Positions 11,406 through 24,409 of a stretch of 64,000 bases of DNA are shown piece after piece (position 1 is the first letter of the stretch; each line of letters begins with the position of its first letter). Source of the DNA: Paraspadella gotoi (lineage: Eukaryota > Animalia > Chaetognatha); contig CM119269.1 in NCBI GenBank assembly GCA_051294375.1, positions 12,192,896-12,256,895 on the forward strand, read 5' to 3'. The position numbers and the translations under genes are program-made. The notes under the pieces were generated by a model. It searched no databases, had not been told where the DNA came from, and saw only the letters and a program-made list of their open reading frames with translations.

Positions 11406-12900
11406 TTTTTAGTCTCGGTTGCCTAAGAACAGTCCCCTGTCCTTATAGGGCATGTCTGTAGGCTCTTATAAAAAATCTCCAAATTATTATTAATATTTTT
11501 TTAAAATATATTCAAATAGAGACTGCGGCTTTTATTGGATGGTTGGATGGGAATGAAATTTTGTGTGTGGTTAGGAAAGTGTGTTATTGAGCTGGATATA
11601 AAGTTTCGATGGAATCGTGCGAGTGGAAATGGGTTTAAATGGAAAATACATAAGTCACATTTACTAAAATCTTCTTACCAGTTTTAACCCATAATTACTT
11701 TAATTGATTATAATTGGATAGATAAATTGAGATTAAATTTTGGGTGTCGGTAGGAAAGTGTTTGATGAAGCTGGTTATAAAGTTTCAATGGAATCGCGCA
11801 AGTGGAAATGAGTTTAAATAGACAGAACATAAGTCACATTTACTTGAATCTTTTTTCTAATTTTAACCCATAATTACTCGAATTATACATAATTGGATGG
11901 ATAGAAAGAGATGAAATTTTGTGTGTGGGTACTGGGTAAGAAACTGTGTCATTGAGCAGAATATAAAGTTCCGATGGAATCGAGGAAAGGAAATGATTTT
12001 GAATAGAAAAAACCAAAGTCAAGTTAATTTTAATTTTTATTATTTATGCTTACTCATAAATATTTTCATTAAAATTTTAATTTTTATTATTTATGCTTAC
12101 TCATAAATATTTTCATTAATTAATTATTTAATTGATAAATTAATTAAAGTGAAAAAATGATGCAAATAGGGTTACGATAACCGTTAACAGTTAACGGTTT
12201 TATTAACGGTTAAAAATAATTTTAACCTAACCGTTAATATATTTATTTTAACGGTTAAATTCGGTTAATTTTTAAATATGATTTTTTTATTTTTTGGTAT
12301 AAAATCTTTGATTTTTTAAAAGAAAAGTAATTTTTTTCTTGTCCTCTCTTATTCTCCTTATGGCTTATGAAAATAAAAAACAGAAAACAAGCGTTCAAGA
12401 AACTAACATCAAGAAAAATAATGAAGAGATATAACGAAAAAAAGAGAAAGAGAGAGAAAGAAAAGACAAAACATAGAATTAGAATTACATTGTGGTTTTT
12501 CTTTTCTTTGTCCTTTTATTATTTTTTATTATGCTATGAGGTAAAAGAAAAAGTTTTGTAAGTAAGATTTATCACGATGCATTATCTGATTAGCTAAATT
12601 TATCATAGGTAGATTCAAAATAGTTTGCTCAAATCAATTTTTAATTTACTAACTAAAATATGTACCTATCTATCTGAAATAGAAAGATAAAAAAGATTCA
12701 GGAGCAAGAGTTAAAGATAAAATACCATTAAATACTTTAGTTTGATTTAAATAATAATATTTTAAATTTAAAGTAAAATTATAAAATTAACCGATTTTAA
12801 CGGTTAACCGTTAAAAATATTAGTTTTAACGGTCAAGCTAAATTTTTCTAAAATTAACGGTTATCGGAACCCTAGATGCAAGTTGAAATTTTTTTTTCAT
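11406..12900 (+). mobile_element. Second family-A element, interrupted by the hAT MITE
   Basis: TTTTTAGTC start, three tandem units (11540-12020) that are reverse complements of those at 1.9-2.9 kb, and the aaaatgatgcaagttgaaa unit split by the MITE. Confidence 0.6.
12167..12874. mobile_element. Non-autonomous hAT-type DNA transposon (MITE)
   Basis: TIRs TAGGGTTACGATAACCGTTAA / TTAACGGTTATCGGAACCCTA (20 of 21 match), subterminal TTAACGG/CCGTTAA arrays, 8-bp TSD GATGCAAA / GATGCAAG. Confidence 0.9.
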
Positions 12901-13118
12901 TTCTTTTCTCTTTTTTTCTTTTCTTTTTTTCTGTTCTTTTCTTTTCTTTTCTTTTCTGCTCTTTCTTAGTATCTGTTTTCTTTTCTTTTCTTACGTCATA
13001 ACAAGTCAAGCTTTTCGATTTCAGCGACAATTATTTACGTTTGAATCTTGAAATGATAACCGCGTTTACAGCCAAGATTAATTATTATAGATTAATTATA
13101 AATAAATAAATAAATTAA

Positions 13119-13163
<45 letters not shown>

Positions 13164-13571
13164 AAATAATTAAATAAATAAATAAATTAATTAATTAATT
13201 AATTTAAAAAAATTAAAAAAATAGATAAATAAATAAATAATGTCTTTAACGTTCTTAAACTCAAGAAACTCAGGGCGCAATTGAAAATGAAGTTAGTATG
13301 TCGCGGTGAGGAAAGATCGTTTCCGAGACTTCACACATTAAACATTTCACAGCTCCGCCATCTTGTAAAAAATCACTTCGATATGCTCGAGTCTCACGCT
13401 CACAAAATCACACCTCGGAAGAGACCGTGATATATTTCGAGTCGTCCGAGTTTTTCACGCTGATTTTAGTTGAAGAGACAGTGATTATTCTAATAATAAT
13501 ATTATGTGTTAGTGACAGAACCGTTCAATATTAGCAATCCTTGAGCTACGGATCAGGATGTAACACCATGT

Positions 13572-13640
13572 TATAGGCTAGAACCCCGGACCTTTGGGTT
13601 GGGAGGCGAATGACTTGCCTCCGGCGCCAATGGCCGCTGA
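13572..13640 (-). mobile_element. tRNA-derived SINE head or tRNA pseudogene
   Basis: Minus strand: gcggccatTGGCGCCGGAGGcaagtcattcgcctcccaacccaaaggtccggGGTTCTAGCC; A-box-like and B-box-like motifs at tRNA spacing, no complete acceptor stem. Confidence 0.5.
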
Positions 13641-16499
13641 TGAACGGTTGGTGGATTTTAGTCCACCATAAGTTATACTTTAATAATTAAACTATATGTT
13701 AATATGTTTAAAAAGATAACAAAAACTGAAAATGGAAGCGATCAAAAAACAAAAGCCTGTAAGTAACGAGCGCGTCTGTGAATCAGGTTTTGTGAAGTCG
13801 ATGTGAACAGCCAATTCACTCGCTGAAAGTCTTCGCCTCATTTGCGTCACGAAATGACTGAGGATCGACGACAATGACGACGACGACGACGACGACGCTA
13901 ATGACGCGAATATACAACGAATGTAGAACCTGAAGTCTTAAGTCTGAAGCCAACGATTTTCGCGTCGTCGAACCGATTCACGCCCACCGCTCACTGTTCA
14001 TCGTTCACCGCTCACCGATCCGCACGAATTAGGATGAACGGTGATTTTTCACTCTCACATTTGGTCATCATCAATTTCACCCTCACTTTTGATTTATCAT
14101 TCACTGCCCGATCGCATTCAATTATCTGCATCACAATTGTATCACACATTCAAGAGAAAGCCTCTGCCTCTTAGATTTCGCTGGCGAACTTACCTTTTAT
14201 AACTTTCCTTTTCTATCTTTTCCCAGTAACAGATTTTGCCGCCCATACAATCAAGCGAAGCTTTTCTTCCCAAGCATCTGGACATATTTTTTCGCTTAAG
14301 CCAAGCAGCTTTAAACATCCACCAGTAAAGAGACTTTCTACCGAAACCGACGAATCCCAATTCTTCTCGTCGTAATCTTCCAGTCAACCGTCACCATTCA
14401 CCAATAACTTTTCTTACTTCAACGTCACAAATCTCACGCTCAACTTATCATCGTTTCCTTAAATAGAATTCACAGCCTCACATTCCCTTGCCTCACCTCA
14501 TCTCTTACTTTTTTCACTTTCCGATTCACGCGGATCGTGAATCGATCACACGCCTTCTCTTCTTGCCATTTATTTTTATTTTTTCTTTATTATTATTTCT
14601 TCTTTATTTAATTTAGTCTTTCGTGTTTCAATTTACATTTATATCTCTCTGCGGCGCCAACAACAACAACAATAAAAACCCTTACCTTAACCAAGTCATA
14701 ACCGACCCTCAATCAAAGTCATGTGACTGACCTTTAACCGACCTTACCTTCCTACTATTGATTGTTTAGCGTTTTCCATTCTTACTTACAATTATTTTGC
14801 CTCTTAACTTTACCTCGTTTTTGAATGATTTCGATCGCTTCATGTCTCATCTAAAAACAGAAAACAATCTCTATGAATCAATCAACTCAGATCACATATT
14901 GGTGAACACTTCTAGCAACATTTTTTACTCAACCTTCTTACACTAAAAACTTTTGTAAAAAAAAAAAATTTCTCTTTTTTTTTCACGTCAATTCAATCGC
15001 GTCAAATAAGCTTTATTTCACAAAATACTTGTGATCGGAGTGAAACAAGTGGGACGGCCCTTCAATTGATCACTCCCATCCCACCCGGTTCCTTATCACC
15101 CCTCCTGCCCTCGTCCTTCCCCCTATCCCTCCCCCCTAATCACTCCCCCCTGATTCCCTCAACCCCTCCCCTCCTTCCCTCTACCTCCCCCTCTCACTCA
15201 CCCTTCCCCCTCCCTTCCCCCCTCTCCCCTACCCCTCCCTCCTCTCCTCTACCCCTCCCCCCCTCTCACTCACCCTTCCCCCTCCCTTCCCCCCTCTCCC
15301 TCACCCCTCCCCTCCTCTCCCTCTACCCTCCTCCCTCTCACTCACCCTTCCCCCCTCCCTTCCCCTCTCCCTCACTCCTCCCCCTTTCTCCCTCTTCCCC
15401 TCTCCCTCCCCCCTTTCATTTCGAGTTGTGACTCCAAAAACCGTTACGTCCAGACAGCGTTACGCGTCATCGATTTGATGACCCTCGTCCGATGACGTCT
15501 CCGCCACGCCGCCACCAACGCCACCCCACCGCCCCGACCTCGTAAAAAAAAACAGATCTGGCTACGCGTGCGCCGACTTTTGACGCCCACAACGCGGTCC
15601 ACGCCCGTCCACGCCCACCGGTCACGTTCATGGCTGAAACTAATGTGACGAACGATGATGTCCGTCTTCGTGAGTTTGAATTTTTTAAAAAAGAGTCATG
15701 ATATGGCAACAGCCGAGTTTGCCTGTTATGCCTAATGGGATGGGGCATCTTACTGTTGGCTTTAGGGGGTCAGTGACGCCTCCATGTCACTGGCGTGGTT
15801 ACCCAAGGAGGATCTCGCTTTGCCAACACAGAGAGAAATCGTTAGGACTGTGGCTGGAACGTAATGGTTAGGACGATGCGTTCCCCCTCTGAGCCAATGT
15901 GATTGCCTGAAGGATGGTGGATGTGAGGCAGAGTGAATATACCGCCGCAATCATAGATTTTTTTTGATGGTTATATTTTCCGAGGGCGCCCAATTTCTGT
16001 TCCGTAATCACCGAACTTATTTTTTATAACCTTAATCTCTTATACGTTTTTAAAACCAATGCCTAATCCCTAGCAACAATCATTAATCCCTAAGTTATCT
16101 CTATCCTTAATGCTTAAACATATCAGTTAAACGCTAATCCTTAACAAACGTTTAACCTTAACCATAATCTTTAAATTATATCTTAACCGGAAATGTGTTG
16201 CTTTGGGAAAACATGGCCGATGTTTTGATCTTTTTTTGTATTTGTCAATGACGTGATGAAGGAAGTAGATGGTTAGTTACATGTAGCGGAAACGGGTCAT
16301 GATCAACAGATCACCCTTTAACCCAACTAGTGTATGGGACAAAATGCAAATGCGTTTGATGAACTCAATCTCATTCTTGTTGCATCAAAAGTTTTAAGTT
16401 ATCTATTTTGTTAAAGGTAATAGGCCCTACCGCCCTCGTATTATTCATTAATCCGCTCGTGGGTCCTGACTTTTTTCCCCAACCCGGCTCCGTTTCAAT

Positions 16500-17260
16500 G
16501 AAAAGCGAGAGGGCCGACACCAGCGTATTTCGCTCCGCTTCCTTTTACATCTATGGAGCGGACTGGCAAATCGTCTACATAAAGCGGTAAATAAATCAGG
16601 ACTCAATATTTCCTCCTTGTGGAGCCCTTTTTTTAGCATGACGGTTCTAGAACAAGATCTCCATCAACAATATTCATGGATCTGTCCTGGAGGTATGAAC
16701 TGATCATTTTGAGTAGATTTAGTGGATATCCTTTTCCATGCATTTTAGATTAATCCATTGCTCCACATCGAATTAAAGTGCAACAGAGAAGTCCAATGCA
16801 ACACCAATGGTGCAGTATCTTTTCTGAGACTGCAGTTAATGTCTTCCACTAGCCTGAGGACATTTTCTTGTGCCAGATCTACCTTTCTTGTATGCAGATT
16901 GCATCGGGCCCATAGCATTTAATTCTTTTGTACACTCGGTCAGTTTTTCTTTTACTAATCTTTCTAATATTTTTCCAACTACTGAGATCAGACTTATTGG
17001 TCGGTAGCTTTTTGGATCTGTCAGATCTTTTCCGGGTTTTGGGAGCATTCCAAGATTTGAATGTTTCCAGAGTTTAGGAAATAATACTTTGTCTAGACAT
17101 TCTCGCATGATATCACTGAGAATCACCTTTGCTGAGAGAGGTAAGTTTTTCATGATTTGTGGGTGATTCCATCTTTTCCTGGGGCTGATTTAGTTTTAAG
17201 ATTCCATAATTATTTGACTTAACTTAATTACATTGCATTTGTCACTTAGTTTTAATTCCG
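16500..17260 (-). mobile_element. Decayed non-LTR retrotransposon (LINE) reverse transcriptase fragment
   Basis: KSAPGKDGI, FPKLWKHSNLGMLPKPGKDLTDPKSYRPISLISVVGKILERLV, QSAYKKGRS, SYLQDRS, GAPQGG/ILSPDLF, LYVDDL and KYAGV (in place of YADD), with frameshifts and stops. Confidence 0.9.
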
Positions 17261-17289
17261 TTTGAGTTCTTCTTTTTCATTAAAAATTT

Positions 17290-17336
17290 TGGAAGAGAGA
17301 GAGGGGGAGAGAGAGAGAGGAAAAGAGAGAGATAGG

Positions 17337-17390
<54 letters not shown>

Positions 17391-17440
17391 AAGAGAGAGA
17401 GGGAGAGAGAGGAGAGAGAGGAGGAAAAGAGAGAGATAGG

Positions 17441-17481
<41 letters not shown>

Positions 17482-17840
17482 GAGAGAAGAGAGAGAGGAG
17501 AGAGAGAGAAGGAGAAGAGAAGAGGAGAGGGAAAAAGAAAAGAGAGGAGAGGAAAAGATGAGAAGAGAAGAGAGAGCAGAGAGAGGAGAGAGAGAGAGGA
17601 TAGAGAGAGAGAGCGAGTAAGAGAGAAGGAGAGAAGAGGAGGAAAAGAGAGAGATAGAGAGAAAGCAGAGAGAGAGAAGAAGAGGGAGATGAGAGAGAAG
17701 AGAGAAGAAGAGAAGGGAGAGAGTAAAGGAGAGAGGAAGAGAGAGAGAGAAGTAGAGAATGACGGAGTATGCACGAGAGAGAGAGCAGAGGAGAGAGAAG
17801 ACGACGAAGAAGAGAGAAGAGAGAGAGAGAGCAAGAGAGA
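17290..17840. repeat. Long (AG)n / purine tract, representative of dozens of microsatellites in the window
   Basis: Direct inspection. Confidence 0.95.
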
Positions 17841-18344
17841 ATATAGTTTACTTTCGACAGATTCGATAAAAAAAACTTCTGATTTCCGATTTAATGATTA
17901 TTCGCGCCTTCTTGATATTAAAACAGAAACGATCTTATGTTGCTCGCCAATATTCGATCCCGCACGCCAATATTCGATCCAGCACGCCATTCTACGCCAC
18001 GGTAAATCCAACTGGAATATCACGCGATGAAACTTTTGAAGCAGAGGACCTTAATCAACAAGCATTTATTTATAGCACGTGTTAGCTTTTAATATATTAT
18101 TCATCATTTAAAAATATATTTTAAAAAGGAATAAAAACCAAATAAAAGTAGAAAGTGCAAAACAAAGTTTAAAAAAATTAAATGAAATTAATTCAAACTT
18201 TAAAACGAAATGTTCACGAGCTCTTCCGTCCATCCACTAGCGCACCCGTGGGCGAGAAACGCGCCACCTCTAGCGCCGCCTTTCGCCTCCGATAGAAACT
18301 TCGGTCGACTCGTTCGGCCGCCAGGGGGAATTCTGGCGACGACG

Positions 18345-18456
18345 ATGACGACGATGACGACGACGATAACGCCGCGACAACGCCCAAAAAGGTAAGGTCT
18401 GCTGGGTCAGATTTCGAATGTTAAACACGACTTTTAAGACATTTTTAAATAAAAAT

Positions 18457-18497
<41 letters not shown>

Positions 18498-18678
18498 TCA
18501 CCCCAACTTTGCCTTATCATGCCACCCTATGCAGCGCCATGCCTTACCTTGTCTTTCTTTTTTTTCAATCCTAAAAATTCCAGACTCTTTCTTCGCGAAC
18601 GAACGCGATTCACGAAAGGCGAGGCTGCAATCATCCGAGGTATTTTAAGGAACAGAGAACCCGGCAGCGGCGGCGGCA

Positions 18679-18721
<43 letters not shown>

Positions 18722-19938
18722 AGGCGGCGGAGGCGGCGGCGGAGGCGTTGGCGGAGGCGTTGGCGGCGGCGGCGGCGGCGTCGATCGCAATGAACGACGT
18801 CTTCAGCAAAAGGAAGACGAATTTCGTTATAAAACGAGTTTCGTTCAGTTTTGGGTGAGTTAAACGAATTCCAAATGCAGGTTATTAGGAAACTTTCTTT
18901 TGCCTTAATTAAAAAGATTAAAAGATAATCTCTTTTTTGATTTCTCTTGCCGTTAAACTTTCTCTCCATAAAATAGTCTTCCAACCCAATTTCAAAAATA
19001 CTTTCACTACCCTCGGATCTAAACGATAACCAATCTTTCATACGCCGACGCTTACCTTCAGTTTAAAAATATTGCCTCTTCTCAATCGCCAAGGTGCCTG
19101 GGCTCACCTTTCTCTTTAAAAGGTCCGTGGACTTAACCAATAACCAGTGATAACGTTTATTGTCCAATACACTTAACTAAAAATTAAGATCGGTTGTCAA
19201 CCACTTAAATAATTTTAAATCAGTTAATACGATACCACCTTAGATTTCAAAGAAGAGGCAAACACTATCCCCTTTTATAAATGGGTTCTACAGACCACCT
19301 CAGAAATGAGTTACCATCCTCAGCCACCTCCCAAAATGACCACCACAACTGCCCACCTTTCAGCATAACCACCTCCCATTTCCACTAACAGCTTTTCTCC
19401 CTCGAGAAGTAAAAATGAGTCAAGAGACTCATTGTTTTCTTTTCTTCCTTTTTAGTCTCAAAACGAAATCCTTGAGGAGGAAAGAGGAGGAGGAGTAGGA
19501 GGAGGAGGAGGAGGAAGAGGAGGAGGAAGAGGAGGAGAAGGAAGGTTGGAAAGTAAACTCGACGAAACGCCATCTTCAATCGGGGTGAGTTTCGTCGTCG
19601 TAGTTGTTCTTGTTGTTATTTTGCTGTTTTTATTATTTATACATTCATGTTTCTAAGAAAAACTACTTTTCTTTTCTTTTCTTTTCTTTTCTTTTCTTTT
19701 CTTTTCTTTTCTTTTCTTTTTTTTTCTTTTTTCAGTTTTTTCGACCGTCCACCGAAATCCCAAAGGAATCAGTCAACGCTGAAGAGAAGATAAAGATTCA
19801 GGTAAGTAATGCAGCAATGCCGTAAAAAAATTAAGGAAGTATTTTTTTTTAAACCGTTGCATTTTTGTTTTCAGAGTCATCGCGACGCTTGGGGCGCTGG
19901 AAGATCGAGAACGACGCAAACAAAACGACAATCTAGAG
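18345..19938 (+). CDS. Putative unidentified spliced gene, Gly-rich basic protein
   Basis: Phase-compatible exons with canonical sites: ..-18391 (MTTMTTTITPRQRPKR), 18584-18854 (LFLRERTRFTKGEAAIIRGILRNREP-polyG-VDRNERRLQQKEDEFRYKTSFVQFW), 19456-19584 (SQNEILEEERGGG..LESKLDETPSSIG), 19736-19801 (FFRPSTEIPKESVNAEEKIKIQ), 19875-19938 (SHRDAWGAGRSRTTQTKRQSR). A terminal exon may start at 20521. Confidence 0.55.
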
Positions 19939-20634
19939 GTTTAAAAAGAAAAAAAATAGTAAAAGAAAAAATATATGAATTACTAATTATTTTCCTTATC
20001 TTTTCTTCTTCCCTCTTCCTCCCCTTCTCCATCTCCCTCCCTCTTTCCTCCTCATCCCTCAATCTTCCCTCCTCCTATTCCTCATCCTCTTTTCTTGCTT
20101 CCTCTTCCTCCCCCTTCTCCATCTCTCCTCTTTCCTCCTCATCCCTCCAATCTTCCCTCCTCCTCACTTCCTATCTCTTTTCTTTCCTTCTCCCTCTTTC
20201 CTCCCATCTTCTCCCGCCTCTCTTCCTCTGCTCATCCCTCAATCTTCCCTCCTCCTCTTCTCTCATCCTTTTTTCTTCCTCCCTCTTTCCTCCCCTTCTC
20301 CCTCTTCCTCCCTCTTCCTCTCCTCATCCCTCAATATCTTTCCTCCTCCTCTTCCTCTCCTCTTTTCTTTCCTCCCTCTTTCCTCCCCTTCTCCTCTTCC
20401 TCCCTCTTTATCCCCTCATCCCTCAATCTTCCCTCCTCCTCCTTCTCGTCCTCTTTCTTAATCCCTTCCCTTTTTCCCCTTCTCCCTCCCCTCCTCTTTT
20501 CCTCCTCATTCTTCATAAAGGTGGGAAAACTTGAAAAGAGGCGACGAGGAAAACGAAGCGAGAATCCTATGAGGCGATCGATCAACTGATCTAATTATAG
20601 TAATATAGGTCGTGGGTTGAGAGTCAGAAGAGAG

Positions 20635-20676
<42 letters not shown>

Positions 20677-20839
20677 TGGAGAAGATGAGGAGAGATGAGA
20701 GAGAGAGAGAGAGAGAGGAGAGAAAGAGAGAGGAGGGAAGAGAAGAGGAGAGAGAAAGAATTCGAGCAGGAAGAGAGAGAGAGAGAGAGAGAGGTGAACC
20801 CAGGAAAGAGAGAGATAGTTCACGAGAGAAAGAGAGATT

Positions 20840-20877
<38 letters not shown>

Positions 20878-21918
20878 TAGAGAAAGAGAGAGAGAGAGAG
20901 CTCGTGTTTTAACCGCGTTTTCCGCTTCAGGAACTTACCAGTATTTATGCGAACGGTTTGGAAATCTGCCAGAGAGGTTGCTCCGGATGGCGGGAATAGA
21001 GAAACGGGTCTGAATTTACAAATCAATCAATCATTTAATTAAACTATCCATAAATTATAATTTTATTATTGAATAAACTAATAAATGAATTAATGATTCA
21101 ATAAATCAATATTTTTTTTGGTTCAAAGTAAGTAAAAAGTTAAAAATAAATTTATGGTTAAAAAAAAAAAGAAAAAAAATAATGAAAAAAAAATTCAATC
21201 AATCAAACAATAAATCATTTAAATGTTTTAACGATCAAAATAAGTCTTGCCAATCAATGATATCCAATCAATTGAAACCAATCAATCAGAACGTCCCCTC
21301 TCCCTCCGCCAATCACCTCGTTCCCTCTTCAACTCCCGAAGATCACAGACTCAACATTCACGATCCAGCCACTTATTTGCACGTGAGTCTGACTCGTGAG
21401 CGTGAAAAGTTTCACGTGACTTTGACTTTAAAAAGTTGAAAAAAGAGAGTAGTTTTTCTTTGTGTGTCTGTCTGTCTGTGTGAGACGATTGACGGCATAG
21501 AAACGCCCTCGCCAATCTGAATAACCTCGAGTTGGCTTATTAAGTCCCTTTACAATCTTATTCTTTAATTCTTTTTATTTCATTTTCTCTTACCTGAATA
21601 ACCGACGTTTTATTTTCCTTCCTCTTTCTTTCCAACTCTCATTACCTAAGAAGAAAAACTATCCAAGTTGAAAAAATCTCTTTTCCTTTTGTTTAAATTT
21701 AAATCTGCAATCGCGAGGCTGGAGCCTCGATCTCGATTTTACCGCGTTTCTTTTTTTTCTTATGTTTCCGCTCGATCGCGTCGTCGTCGTCGTTCTCGTC
21801 GTCGTCGTCGTCGTCGTCGACTTCCGCTTTCGTTTTCCATTGTTTTTCTATTCGTTTTCCATTAACGTTCGCCGTCTTCTCTCGGCCCTTCGATCTCATG
21901 ACTTTTATTCGCTCACTC

Positions 21919-22004
<86 letters not shown>

Positions 22005-22216
22005 CAATCCCGATTTATTTTGCTTCAATTTGCTTTATCCATTAGCTTCAAAGGCTTTCGTATCGTTCGATGTTTCTCAAACGGATTCGTTTATTCTTTT
22101 GTTTTCTTTGTTATTCTTGGTCGCCATTTTGTATATCATTACAATTACCTATTGTTAATTGTTGCTGTTAATTAGTTTTTTCAGATTTCTCTGTTTTGTA
22201 TAGTTATTCATTTACT

Positions 22217-22275
<59 letters not shown>

Positions 22276-22802
22276 TCTATTTATTTATTTTTTATTGTTT
22301 ATGATTGTATGGATCTGTATCATAATAAGTTACGAACAAAACACCTCATTTTTCGTCGCTTTTGTTTATTTTTTTAATTTATTTTAACAGTATATTTTTT
22401 TCTCGTGTTTTTACTTCGTTTCTTTTTTAAAGTTGACGCCAGTGTGAATTGATTGTACATATCGCTCGTTACGTTGTGGTATGTAATTTTATGACCTTGT
22501 TTCTCTATTTGGTATTTGTGTCATTGTTACTTTACGTTATTCTATGTTAATAATAGCCTGACGTTTTATATTAATGTTTTCCCATACTACCATATTTTGA
22601 TAACTTGTGTCGTATTATTAATTTTGTTTCTTAGTTTTTCTTTCTTATTTTTTATTTTTTAGCAATATTGTTTCAAAGAAATTCTCTTTGACTTTTATCC
22701 GATTAATTTCGTCGACTCAATCAAATTGAAACTCGTTATTCTCTTCCGGTTCCGGATTCTGTCCGTTTCTCTTTTTGCTCCGCCGGATTCCTGGATTCTT
22801 AT

Positions 22803-22900
22803 GTCCGGATCTGTTAGTCCCTCTGTCCGGATCTGTCAGTCCCTCTGACCGGATCCGTGAGTCTCTCTGTCCGGATCTGTGAGTCCCTCTGTCCGGACTC
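22803..22900. repeat. 22-bp minisatellite (gtccggatctgtgagtccctct), about 4.5 units
   Basis: Direct inspection. Confidence 0.9.
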
Positions 22901-23412
22901 CTGAGAGCTGATTTGTTTTTCCACACCAAAGTAAAATGACAATGAGATCCAGAATGCAAATTAATTGAGAAAAAGATTTCAAATGATATTTAAAAACTAA
23001 TATTGAGAATGAAAGTTAACTGAAGATGAATTTGAAATACGTATTAATTTCTTATAATGTTAAAAAGGAGATTATACCTGAAGATTTACTAAAAATGAAA
23101 TTGGGAAGAAAGGGAATGCCTTGAAAAAATAATACTGAGAATAAGAATTTGAATGAAAAAATATTTAGAGAATACAAATGAGATCAAAGGAAATTAAAAA
23201 AATCGCTTCGATTTTTTTTCCATTTTCTCTTTTGTCTCCAGCAAATCTCCGTCATCCAAGCGAAAAAGGAAAAAAACGCCATCAACGGAGGAAGAAAAGG
23301 GCCGGTCAAAGTGCAGGTCGAATGGAGGAAAAGGGAGGAAAGGAAAAAGGAAAGAAAAAAGAAGGAAAGAAAGAAAGGGACAGGTCAAAGTGTAACTTAA
23401 GGGAAGGGAGGA

Positions 23413-23444
<32 letters not shown>

Positions 23445-23749
23445 GAAAAATGCAAGAAAAGAAGAACGAAAAATAAAAAAAACTAATAAGAAATAAGAAA
23501 AAAGAAAAGGAACAAAAAAGCGCCCAAAAAAATCCAAATAAACAAGGAAAAGGATATAAAAAGGAAACGAGAATAAAAATAAAGAATTTTGAAGATAATT
23601 AATAATTAAGATAATTAAGCAGAAAAATAAAGAGTAACTGAAAGTGAAAACATATTAAGAACAACAACAACAACAAAAAATAACAAAAAAAGTGATTGAT
23701 TCACTAATGCATTGATATATCGTTTAGGTTTTATTAGATTTTATATTTC

Positions 23750-23880
23750 AGATTTTTAGATTTTTAGATTTTTAGATTTTTAGATTTTTAGATTTTTAGA
23801 TTTTTAGATTTTTAGATTTTTTGATTTTTTGACTTTTTGATTTTTTGATTTTAAATTTTTGAGTTTGGCTTTTAGATTTT
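23750..23880. repeat. 8-bp tandem repeat (tttttaga)n
   Basis: Direct inspection. Confidence 0.9.
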
Positions 23881-24236
23881 TGTTTTCTATATTATAGATT
23901 TCATAAACAATTCAGTGATTCACCAGACAATTTTTATCTCATTCATTTCCCTCCCCTCCTTCTCCCCCCGATTCCATTTTCAGGTTTTTCTCCCTTCTGT
24001 TCAAACGCGGCGTCCATCGGCGTTCTCTTCGGCGCCGCCATCCAGAATCGGCGCTTATGTCGGGGACAGCGTCGCTTCGCCGGCGTCGAGGTCGACTGCG
24101 GCCTGAAGTGTCCGCCGTTGCTGCTTGACAACTGCTGTTGTTTGACTGTTTGGTGCTGCTGCTTTATTGAATGCAGCTGGAGCTTGGCTGTCTGCTGACG
24201 CTACTTTACTGTCCGCGTAGAAAATACAAAAATATT

Positions 24237-24399
24237 TTCTACATCGGTAATTGAATTAATTATTAATTAATTAATTAACTTGAATTAATTATTAATTAAA
24301 TAATTAACTTGAAATAATTATTCATTAATTAATTAATTAAAAATTAATTATTAATTAATTAATAATTAATTAATAATTAATTCAATTACCGATGTAGAA
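24237..24399. repeat. AT-rich palindrome
   Basis: ttctacatcggtaattgaattaattattaatt ... aattaataattaattcaattaccgatgtagaa, perfect arms around a (TAAT)n-rich centre. Confidence 0.9.
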
Positions 24400-24409
24400 T
24401 AATAATACG

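Noticed and set aside
14190-14387. Minus-strand ORF ending at a gtaagt donor
   Set aside because: No recognisable homology, acceptor or partner exon.
15919-15960. 7SK-like start GGATGTGAGG, and an HDV-like ribozyme on the minus strand nearby
   Set aside because: No following GATC stem or 7SK body, and the nested double pseudoknot could not be built.
16408-16590. Plus-strand exon-like ORF
   Set aside because: The opposite strand continues the LINE RT motifs (LYVDDL, KYAG), which explains the sequence.
22803-22900. CRISPR-like array (also 4690-5470 and 6740-6870)
   Set aside because: Tandem or low-complexity repeats without unique constant-length spacers, no cas genes, eukaryotic context.
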